Positions 25,176-37,100 of a stretch of 64,000 nt of DNA are shown here, piece after piece. Both the position numbers and the translations under genes were made by a program. The stretch's first letter is position 1, and the number at the start of each line of letters is the position of its first letter. The stretch comes from Yuukianura sp. NJ FZ-2021. Taxonomy: Eukaryota. The stretch spans positions 14,446,001 to 14,510,000 of the forward strand of contig CM102285.1 in the NCBI GenBank assembly GCA_046563655.1, given 5' to 3'. The notes beneath the pieces were generated by a model, which worked only from the letters and a program-made list of their open reading frames with translations, searched no databases and was not told the DNA's origin.

Positions 25176-28100
25176 TCATTGATCCTCTTCGTCACTCTCC
25201 CCGTGACCATACATGTCTGCCAGCTTTTGAAACCGGGGACCCCAACCATTCAAGTAGTCAAAGTCTTGCTCGTTGTCATCCGTCCCAGCTAAAACAGAGT
25301 AATTGACAGTTAATTTAAACCAATCGCTGGAATTTTCCTAACTCGGCTCCTGATTGGTCAATTTTTGGCTAACCTGAGGCCAGAGAAGACAACGACCCGG
25401 CAGTACTTCCTCCTCCTTCGTAAGCGTAGTTTCGTAGGTCGTCAAACGGCGGCGCGTTCGGATCGTGATCGGCTCTTCGTTTGTGATCGTCAATGAAGAC
25501 GCTGAAATTCGGCTCTCCGCCCATCATCACTTCTGGTGCTGGCATCTTCATCATGTCTAAAAAATATTTATTTTAATTAAAAGTAATTTAATTTGTGTAA
25601 AAACAATTAAAAGCATGCAAATATTAATTAAAAGCATAACTACTGAATCACATACTTCAACCACCTACAAAAAACTATTCAATTTCATAGATTTATAAAA
25701 ATATTTTTCTTACATGGCATTTTGGTGACCATCATCTCATGCCCTGGCGCTCCGATTGGAATTTGCAGAGGTGTAATGTCAAAGGCCGTCACTAAAAACA
25801 CGCAGTAAATCGATTAATTAATATAAATTAATTAATTATAATATCTTATTTAAATCCACTCACTGTCGTCCTCTCCGCCCCCTTCATCGTCATAGTTGAT
25901 TATGTTTTCTCGTACGTCGTCGTCAGGACCTGGGTACTTAATTTGAGCCTCCCTTCGACGATTGTATACCACAAACACCAAAACAAGGACTAAAGGCCAA
26001 ACACATCCAAAATTTAACAACTTTCCAAAAATTCATTCAAAATTTTGAACTTCCGTTCAAATTCAACTTCTCCGCTAACCGCCATTCTCCAGAAGCATCA
26101 AGCCCAACCACTTTGTACGATCATGCGCCATAGTTAATCTAACTTACTGAGCATCAGGAGAATGCAAACAACTAGAGCAATTATGAAGTCAACGGAAGTC
26201 GTGATGATTCCACTCGGAAGTACTGCCAGTTCACAGTTTTTGCCCGAGTATTCATAAGGACATTGACATCGATACATTTCCCGCGTCTCCAAGTTGACAC
26301 ATCTTCCTCCATTCAAGCACGGCTTCTCTTCTGCGCATTCGTCAATATCCTTGCAGTCAATTCCATAAACGATGCGTGACCCCGGCGGACACCTAAAAGC
26401 GCCCAATCAAGCAAAACTTAAACAGAAGCCGACTTCCGAAGATTTAAAAAAAATGATTTCCATTTTGATTAACATCGAGCGCGCCAAAATTCAAAATTTA
26501 TGTCATGCAGGTCATTCAAACTAGTTAACGACGACCTAGGGTTCAACGAAAGCACAACGACAGGTCAAGGGTCAATTTCTAAGGGTCAAGAGGTCAGCGG
26601 GGGGTAAGGGAAGCTTTTGATCTACAAACTTTAAGCCCAAAAACGTCGAAAAAGCCGAAAATTCAAAATTTGGCGGTTAGTTACGGTACAAGTCTCCTTT
26701 GAAAACCAAATGAGGGAGCCTCATTGGTCAAAACTGAGAGAGCCAATTAGAGCTGGGACTGGATTGAGCTTTGCACAATCCACTTTCAAGCGGAAAATTT
26801 TTTAACATTCAACTCGTTGTTAGTTGAAGACAATACGGTTAAGGCATGGATTAAGGATAAACATTGACGCCGAACAGTGTTGCCACTTCGGCCATCTTTT
26901 GTGGCTACAATAGGTGGCAACGCACTGGCTACGCACGTAATCCCATGTTCATTTGTATTTCAAAGAGGTGATATTTTTTTAACTAAATTCTATGAATAAG
27001 TGGCAGATCTGCCGAAATCTGAATTAAAATAATTTTCTCCGGATCCATTTTGTTATTTGGAAAATCCATTCCACTCCGTTCCATTCCACTCCATTTTGAA
27101 CAATAAGTACTTCGTTCCATTCATAGTTCTGATAATAGCTCCAATCCATTTATATATGGAGTGGATAAATCCAGTCCCAGCTCAATCGGATTCCTTTTGT
27201 CAGTTTCTGGGAGGAAACTTACTGAGAATCATAAGTAGACAGCATAAAATGGCTGCCAACGCCCCCATACTCAGAGTCAGAATCTGACCCTCTTGGTACA
27301 GTTCACAGTTCTGGCCCCAGTAGCCTAAAAATGGAGGTCACGAGGTCAGTGAACTTTGGAAAGTCAAGAGGTCAAGGTCAAAGGTGACCAAGGGTACCTG
27401 GCGGACAGTCGCAGTAGTAGCGAATACTTGGATCTCGATTTGAACAAATGCCGCCATTTAAGCAGGGGCTGTCCAAACATTCGTTCTTGTCTTCGCATCC
27501 CTTGTCGTCTTTCGTCGCCTGCAGACCCTCACCACAACTTCACACACCCAAGTTAAAGTTAAATTTTTAAAAATTAGCGCACTTTTTCAAAATTTTGACC
27601 CCCCAAGCACTTGTCATTTGTTAGAAAACACAGTTAGACCCAAACAGTGTCATGCAAAGGTCAGAGGTCAAGGTCATACAACCAATTCTCGAAATCATAC
27701 ATCATCTGGCGGCATCCGGAGAACTGAGCAAAAAAAAATGAATCTCAGGAACCATACTTTTGATTTTATTCATCCGGCGGTAATTTGAAACTTAACATTG
27801 TGATTTCTTTTTCTATTCAAACTTTTTCTTTTCTGTTTTGTTTTGAATTTTTAAAACAAATGTTTGAATCCAACTACGTGTTTTCTAACAAATGACTTTC
27901 TCCGCACTTTCAGAACAGTTTTTAGAAAAGAGACAGAGAAAGGCTTTATGTTGAAGAAGGGACTTACGCGCACTCGTACTCGTTCCACAAGTCTGTGCAG
28001 TTGAAGGGCTCAGGACATCGGACATTGTCACAAGGGCGGTTGGAAGGGCACCCGGGACTTAGGTTTTTGGCCATCGTCGCTTGACCCCACTGCGTCCCGT

Positions 28101-31100
28101 TCAAACTCGGCGGAAGCGGCAACTGCTTTCCCTCCAGCCGAATATCGTCCAAACAGCCTACAATTTCACAATTCCAAGCATTTCAGCAAAAATTTCAAGA
28201 TTTCAAATATTTCAGACATATGTACCAGGATTTCAAACATTTCAGCAAAAAAAGAATTTCAGCCAAACTTTTTAAAAAACTGAAATCATTTCTTACTCTT
28301 CTGATAATCGGCATAAACTTCAAAGGATCGGTGTCCAGTGTACTCTGCCTTTCCTCCTAAGATTTTCAACCAAACGATTTTTCAAAAAGTAATTCAAAAA
28401 CTACTTTTTCTTCCTCTTTTTTTAAGTACCTGCGTAAACTCCCTCCTGCTTGTCAACTTGCATCCATTGGTGACCTTCGAACCGAAAAGTTTCGTTGTAC
28501 TTCTTGCCCTCTCCTCCGTCCAGCTCCAGAATTGCAATGGATCCAAATCGTGATACTTTGGCAGTATGCCATTGTCCATCATCCACTGGGACATAGGTCA
28601 ACCACAGCATCTTTTCCTCGGTTCTCAAACTGTTCAAGTTGAATCTGAACCGCAACCGACTATCCTTGATCTGAAATTCAAAAATTCATTTTCAAAATTC
28701 TATTGAAAATGTTCAAAATTTTGTTGAAAATGTTCAAACATCTAAAGTTTTTACCTCCAGAATTCCATACTCCCGATTATGTTGATCGCTGATTCTGAAA
28801 AGTTCTCCTTGGACTTCTCTTGTTCTAAACCTAAGTTGAATCAGCGTCACGAATTTATCCGGTTCAAACGACAAAGCATACTTGACATAACTTTGAGCTT
28901 TGAACGTCGTTGCCACGGTGGGGGTGGCACATGACGGACCCATCCAGCCTGGTAAAGGATTTAAAAAAATATATTATAATAATATAAATTAAATATAATA
29001 TAAAATATATGAAATATTACCTGGTTTGCACTCGCATTTCGGTTCGTTGAAACTGCCGACACAGTAGCCATGGTCAGAGCATCGCGCAGTGATGTCATTG
29101 CCCAAACACTGCTCTTCTATTGGTTGACATCCTGGAAGACTCTTGTGTCTCGAGTGTCCTGGATTGGCCAAATCATATAACTTGCTATTATGAACCAAAT
29201 TCCGAATGCAGCCATCAAAATGCTTCTGGGTTGGAACGTATCGCCATCGGAACAGTCCAGGATCAAATGAATCTGCATGAATTCCACCAACTTGGAGCGG
29301 AGTGTTGACGTTCAGGTATTCGTTGAATGGCGGAATTTGACCTTCGCCTAAACAGTGACTGCTGTCGAACACTGTTGGACTTCCGTCGTCAGCTTCGTTG
29401 ATCCTCGCAGTTCGACAGAGATCAATTACCATTTGGACAGTCTGAAACAAAATTTCAGAAAAAAAAGTTTCAAAATTCAAAAACTTTCAAAAAATTGACC
29501 TCAACTGACCTCTGTGTTCCAGAAAATGTCAATTCGATGCCACTCTCCATTGCTCAGCGTTCCATTCGGTCTGATCCGGAGCTCCAGCGTTCCAGAACCA
29601 AAATCCAGCAGAAGTCGAGGCTCGCCTTTGTCCAGTTCCAGCGAAATGAAATCCGATAAAATGATTTCTTCCGGTTCAGGAGCCACTAGAGGTCCATTGT
29701 ACAACAGCAGCGCTGAAAAATTTCCAAAATTAAGGTCAAGGCCAGATTTCAAAATTTCAACTTTTTTGACAATTTTGACTCACATTCATCCTTTTTCGTA
29801 ATAAATTCCAAACTGAGATGAGACTCTTCACACATCTCCAGAGCGGGGTACCACGCCCAGTCATTGTTCCGGAAAGTTCTGCTGCTAATTTGGCATCTCG
29901 GACCGTCAAAACTTCGTGGACATGCACAAACCGGCCCAGTTTTGGTTTCGATACATCTTCCGCCATTGTAACACTCGTATTTCTTGCACGACTCTTTTTC
30001 TATGTCTGAAAAGTTACGAGCTCCACAAGTACATTCCGCCAAAGTTTCAATCCGAACTCCAACGACTGCTGTTTTATTTGCATTGACAGTGTATGGTAAC
30101 TTGCTAATTTCAACAGCATTTGTACAGGAGCCTTCACAGGCTTTGTTTTCGTACAGACATTCGTCAATCCCCACCATCGTTATGTTGATTCCAACATCAC
30201 GTTCAATCTAAACCAAATTCAAAATTATACAATCCGTGCGTCTTGCCTAACTTTTCAAAAAGTTAAAAAAATGTCCAAGTTTTTTTCCTCACTTGTTCTC
30301 TGTGGAGTAAAACAATGCCATTGAGACGCACAGGTTTGAAGTACGGAGATCCATGAGCAGCAAATCGCACGTCTGTGATTGGCGGACGTTGCTGTTTGAG
30401 CTGAACACTGAAAATGTCTACGTTCGCTTCATCCGTGCCCAGAATTTGAGCCAGTTTGGCTCGAAGAAGGTCTGATTTACTTTTGATGATACTTTGACTC
30501 TGAAAGAAATCAAAATTTTAAAACTTCAAAATCAAAAAAGTTCAAGTTAAATTTTTCGTTTTTTCCAACTTACCCGGTAATCCCAAATCCGAATGAAATC
30601 TTCATCGGAAATTCCGGCGATTCGGATAGACCCAGAATTGACTACCGCTTCATGTGAAATTTCTTTTACAAAAACAGACACGTTGGCTGGAACGTTAAGC
30701 TGAGTGTGGTAGCGGTCAAAGACTTCGAATTCCAGTTCATACCTTTTTTCAAAATTTTGAACAAAACAAAACACACTTTATCATTCACAGTTCATTGAAC
30801 TCTTACGCCAAAACGGTAATCTATTGAAGTCAAATGGTGTGAACCGATTGACCTCGATTGACCTCTGGCACTTACATTCCAGGCGGCGTTTCCTGTTTCA
30901 TTGTGATGATTCCAGAATCTTCATCCAAAGTAAATCTTGGATGCGGATGCTCGCGCCCTTTCCAGTAAAACTTTTTGTCTCCAAGATCCCAATCGTCCAG
31001 ATCATACACATACACTCTCCCAATTTCCGTGTCAGGGGTCACCCCTTCCCCTACATACTTGTACACCAAGATATCTTTTGACCCTGGCATCATCTTGTTG

Positions 31101-34100
31101 TCATTGATGTCTGAAATCAATAAAATATATAAATAAATGAATTTATAATATATAATAATTGTGTGTCCAACCTCCAATGATGACTGTGAGTGTAGAAGTG
31201 CCGGACATGGCTGGAGATCCAGAATCTTTGATGACAATGGGCACCAAAAATTCCTTTCTTTGCTCACGATCGAACATTCTGAGAGAAGAGACGATTGCCA
31301 TTCCATCTCCATTGGCACCCTCTGCAGAAAAAAGAGAAAAGTTGAAAAGAATTTTTGAAAATGAAAAGGATTTTTGAAAGTGAAAAGAATTTTTACTTTC
31401 TTTCAACTTTCTTTTGAGATGAATAGAAATTTCAATAGATTTCCTATTGTTGGAGATAGAACTTACTCGGATCATGTTCAACTTTGAAAGAGGCTTTGAT
31501 CTCATCAGCCGCATTTGGATCCATCCGGAATGTGAACGGTGGACCATTGCCTAAAATTCATAATTTTACACATTAGGCTGACATTTAACTAACCTAACTT
31601 TAAAAACTAACTTAAAACTTAACATAAACTTAAACTTACCTTTAGAACGATCATCGTCATCAGTTGCCAAAACTTCAACGACTTTGCGCGGTGACTGATG
31701 TTCAGGAAGTACTGGACGATAGTCTTTGAGAAACGTTGGAGCGTTGTCGTTGACTAGAAACATTAACATAAATTTCAAAAATAATTCAAAATTTCGAAAG
31801 TTAAAAATTTGAAATTTTAATTCTGTTCAAAATCTTACTGTCTGTTGTTAGAATTCGCATAGAAGGACGAAGAATCATAAAAAAAAGTCAAAACATTATC
31901 AAATCTGCACATGACCTTTGTGACATTTTGAGTAAAGTGTAAAATTGACCTTGGACAAGAATGGAGAGTGTGGCTGTAGCCGTTTTGGGCGGAACTCCAT
32001 CGTCAATCGCCAGGATTTTTACCTAAAACAATTTTTTGATTCTCAGAAGACGTTTTCAAAATTTTGAAATAGAAAAATGATTTTTGTGTCCTCACCTGAT
32101 GTCTCGGTGTCTCTTCCCTGTCCAGCGTTCGTTGAATTGTGACAGTTCCGTCTTGACTGATTGAAAACTGGCGTTTCCTATCTGATGACCTATCGATGGC
32201 ATAAGAAACTTTGCTTTTCCCACCTTGATCAGGGTCAGTGGCCTTGAAAGTCTCTAAACTCTTTCCAACTTCTGCATTTTCATACACCGATACTTCAATG
32301 TTCGGGCGTTCAAACTAAACAAAATCAAAAAGCAATTTCAAGAAACGCTCTTTTTTTTTAAAAAAAAAACAAGGTCTTTTGGTAAGATCACTTACGCTTG
32401 GCTTGTTATCGTTGACTGAAAAAAGAAAAAACAAAGATTACAAGTTATTCTCAATCTCAACTGTAGTTAGAAGTTACAAATCAAAATTCAACTAAAAAGG
32501 TAACTTACTGTCTGTTGTTCATCATTCACGGATCAACAAGAACCAGGAAAAATAGAACAAATATTTTAATTTATGCACAAATAATATAAAATATTGCGTA
32601 TAATATTACATTTTATATTAATATCTCACCTCGAAGAGCCACTTTGACCCAGGCATAACTCACATGGTACCTGTAACGCAAAAAACAAAAATATAGCCCT
32701 AACTCCAAAAATTCTTAAAATCAGTAAACCAAAAAAAAAAATATGAAATTCCGAATTCAAGGGCGAAATCAAAAGTGCTGGAAAAGGAAACTAATTTCCA
32801 AAAGTAAAACTAAAACTGACTGCTGTTCAAAAATTCAAAATTTTAAAAGGGTCATTTAAATAAACCAAATCGAAGTTACTTCAGGCGTTTAAAATTAACT
32901 GATACAGAAAGACACAGAAATTTAATAAGCAGATTTTCAGAAATATCCCTCGGTTGTGTAGTCAGAGTAAAAGTAAAAGTAAAATCAAGAGTAAAAGTAA
33001 AAGTAAAATCAAGAGTAAAAGTAAAAGTAAAATCAAGAGTAAAAGTAAAAGTAAAATCAAGAGTAGAGTAAACGTTAAAAGTGCCAAATGACCAAAAAAG
33101 TGTAAGAATAAATGAAATTTTTCAAAATTTCTAAATTCTATTTCTCCTTACTTGTCATTGTCGTTGTCATCTCCCTTGTCGTTGACTTGTATTCTGAATC
33201 TGAATCCTTGACTCTGGAGTGGATCTTCGTAGTCCAGTGGCTGGACAATCTTGAGTGATCCTGTTCCATCGTTGTTTCTGACCATTGTGAACTTGTCTGC
33301 ACCATAACCACTGTTTTCTAAAACTTTGTAATGAAACTTGTTCGTTTCATCTTCATCATGGACAGTCACTGTCAGAATCGGCGTGTCCGGAAGAGACGAT
33401 CCATCCGTCTCGTCCACTTCCGTAAACCATTCGTCTTTCGTGAAATGCGGCGGCATGTCATTGACTAAAAACGACAATATCATTATCAAAAATCACAAAA
33501 ATTTACTCAAAATTCAAAACCTAAAACTGAAAATATGTTTCTTACTGTCTGTTGATGTAGAAGAGAAGCACCATTTGAAAAAGAAACACAAAAATTAGCA
33601 AAACTGCGTAGAATCAAGTACAGTTTTCATAATCCGAATTATTTAGATTTACCTTTTACTCGAATCGAGGCCGTTCCAGTCCCTGCAAAATTTCAAAATT
33701 CGAAAATTCAGATCATTTTTTCAAAAACTTTTTTTTATGGAAACTGACCCTTAAGTCCCCCTCCATCCATTGCGACAACTTGTATAGAGTAGTCCGGCGT
33801 CTTTTCTCTGTCCAAGCAGCACACTGCCGTCTTGATGACTCCCGTGTCCGACTCAATTTCGAAAATAGGTCTTCCCTGATCTTCGTCAATGACGTTCTTC
33901 TCAATGGAGTACATGAGTTTAGCATTCGTTCCTTCGTTGGGGTCATCGTAGTCAACCGCTGTCATCGTCATCACCACCATTCCAGAAGTTCCATTCTCAG
34001 TCACATTGCCAACATAAACTCCTTGCGGAAACAGCGGAGCATTGTCGTTAACTAAAATTATACACAGCAATTAATCACAAAATCACAAGAAAAATATCTC

Positions 34101-37100
34101 CGATTCAAAAATTCACAAAAATTAAAATCTTACTGTCTGTATTGACGATCAGGACAAATCAACGGAATCCAAAACACAGTTTCGTAGTGGAAATTTTCAA
34201 AAAATACAGAGTTAGTCAAATTAATATGCAAAATGTCTAGGTCAAAGGTCATTGAAATTATAGCATTACCTTTCAGATTGACTTGAACATCACTGTATCC
34301 AACCAAACCTTCGCCGCCTTCATCTTGTGCAAATACCGTAAATCTCCACTGGGCTCTTCCGTTCGGCTGATCTCTATCCAGCGGCTGTTATAAAAATCAA
34401 AATTTTAGTTTTCAAGTTTCAAATTTTAAAAAATTTTAGTTTCCCAGTTTAAAAATTTTGAAAATTGAAAGCAGACCTTGAGCACATAGATTTCTCCCGT
34501 GGTTCTGTTGATGTCAAACTTGCTGTTGGCGGGATTGTCCGAATCAATGCCCTGTCCAGTGAGGAAGTACACAATGTTCTGCGGTCTGTCCTTGTCTCCA
34601 TCACTGGCCGTCACCTTTTCAAATTTTGCCAAAATTCAATTCAAAATTCACAATTTTACTCCAGAATTCCAAAAAATGAAGCGAGGGAATGTTGGATTTA
34701 AAAAATCTTGCGCCTGTGCAGACCACGGTTGTGCTACCTTTAGCAGTTTGAGTGGCAGTATGGCGTCATATTCCTCCTCAATTTGGGAAGTGTACATGGA
34801 CTGACTAAAAACTGGCGGCAAATCGTTCTTGTCATTGATTCGGATGACGACCGTAGTTTCATTTTCATTGAGACTGTCAGAAGCCACGAGAGCCAATTCA
34901 TACTGCTCCAGCCATCAACAGGTCAAAGGTCACAGGGGTCAAACATAAACGAAAACATAAACAAAACAAAAAACAAACAAAACATAAGTAAACAAAAACA
35001 ATAATCAAAAGCCATGCTAAACAAAACGACACCTAAAAGTATAAACCGCCACACAAACAAAACGCATATCACATTTTTAAGTCACAAAAATTCATTCCAA
35101 AAAGTTTAACTTAACATCTGGCCGAAAGCAAACCAAAAAATTTTTCAAATTCAAATTTTATTTTTTATATTCAAAAATTTAGGTTTTTGAGTCTTCGTAA
35201 TCATGTGAGAACTCATATTCTGCCGACTGAAGCTTTCGATATTATTCGATTTTTTTTTGTATGGAAGTTTAGTCATAAAATGCGAACTGTTTTCTCCCGC
35301 CACGTCGTTTTCCATTAACTTTGCACTTTTTTGAAACTTTTTCGAAAAAAGAGCTTTTTTACTCAAGTTTTTTTCATGAAGTCCTTAATTTAATTGAGTC
35401 TTTTCCTTAGTAAAGTGCCAAGAACAAATTCAAAGGGTCCCGATTTACAACGTAACCAAAGGGAACTTAAGCCATAACCATTTAAACACGGTTTTGCACA
35501 GTTCAGCAAAAAAAAAGAGTGTCTTGGCCAATAAACTGGCAAGATTTCATTGGATCCGAAAACCAGTAAGCATTGACATGACTAACGGCAATTGTCCAAT
35601 TGGCCCCATTTTCAACTTCGCACACATCGCTGTTTGAACAGAACGTTCCTCTTTTTTTAAAAAACAAATCGTTCCTAAGGGGGAGGAAAAGTTCCCCCCG
35701 AAATTCGGGGGCACTTTGGGCTGCCAAATTCCTGTTTTTCGGCCATTAGACACGTATTACCCTCCCGCCATTTTTTAAATTACAAAAAATTCTAAACTTT
35801 CAAAAAAAAAGCATCCAACACACATTACACAACACATTTTAAACAAAAAGTTTAAACATTATTGCACATACCAAGCTGTTTTAGAACATGACTCAAAACT
35901 TTTTTGAACAAAAACTTATGTTTTAAAAACAGGACACATTTTTAGAAAATTTTTACAAAACAAAAAGCAACAAACCAAAAAACGAGGTTAGGTTTTTGTA
36001 AAGTGTTCAAATTGTTTTACTGGAACTGCAAAACGAAGTTATTTTGGAAAAACCACAACACTTGGTCCTAATTGCACATTTTACAGGGAGTAACTAAATT
36101 CCTTCTGAAACAAAGAAGTCATTGCGGGAGGTCGAGACGCAAGATTCAAAGGAAAAGGATCAGAGGGAAAGTGCAGAAAAAGTAGAGAAAGTTAACCTGC
36201 AAAACTCGTTTTGGAAGATTGCGATCATCTTCTTCCGTAATTTGTGTTTCGTAAGTAGGACGATCAAACCATGGTTGGTTATCATTTTGGTCTTTAATTT
36301 TAATTAATTACAAATTATTCAAATTCAAAATTTCCAATTTTCAAAATTTCAGATTTTCCAACTTTCATCACCTTTAACATTGATTACCACTGTAGTCGAA
36401 TTCTCATTTTTGTTATCCGAAGCAGACAGACGGAGCTCATACTAAATTACCAAAGTTGAAAATTTTTCAAAATTTCAATTTTTTCAAAATTTCACACCAT
36501 TCTCACACTAAAGTTCATTGACCTTTCACTCAAAAAAGTTGACCTTTGACCTTACCCGTTTTCTCGTTTCATAATCCAGAGGTCCTGCGACATAAATGGC
36601 TCCCGTCATGTTCTTTACAGCAAAAGCGCCTCCAGTGTTTCCCTTTGTAATTTCGTACCGAATTCTTGAAGCTGAAAAAGAAATCAAAATTTTAGAATCT
36701 CAAATCAGCTAAAAACTTTTTCAAAAAAGTCAACTTTATGGCAAATTTCCAATTTTTCTTTCAAAAAGTTACAACTTTTGGAAAGTTTATAAACGGGAAA
36801 CCAAGAGCGTATCGCTCTGTCTCCAGAAACCATCATAAAATAAATTTCAAATTCAGCCAGTATTTTATTAATCCAAAGAAAAGGTTAGAAATCTTGTTTA
36901 ATAAATCAACTTTTTCAAAAAAACAACGTCAGACAATTTTTACGAAGACATAAAAGTGAAGTTTTAAAAAAAGTGAAAGTTGGATTTCACTTTAGTTAAC
37001 ACAAAAAAAAAATTGAAGAAAAAATTGCAACAAAGAAGGAGCGATGAAGCATCACTCAAAATCCCAATTTCCTTTGTTCTCTTTCGGTCGTTCATAAAAA

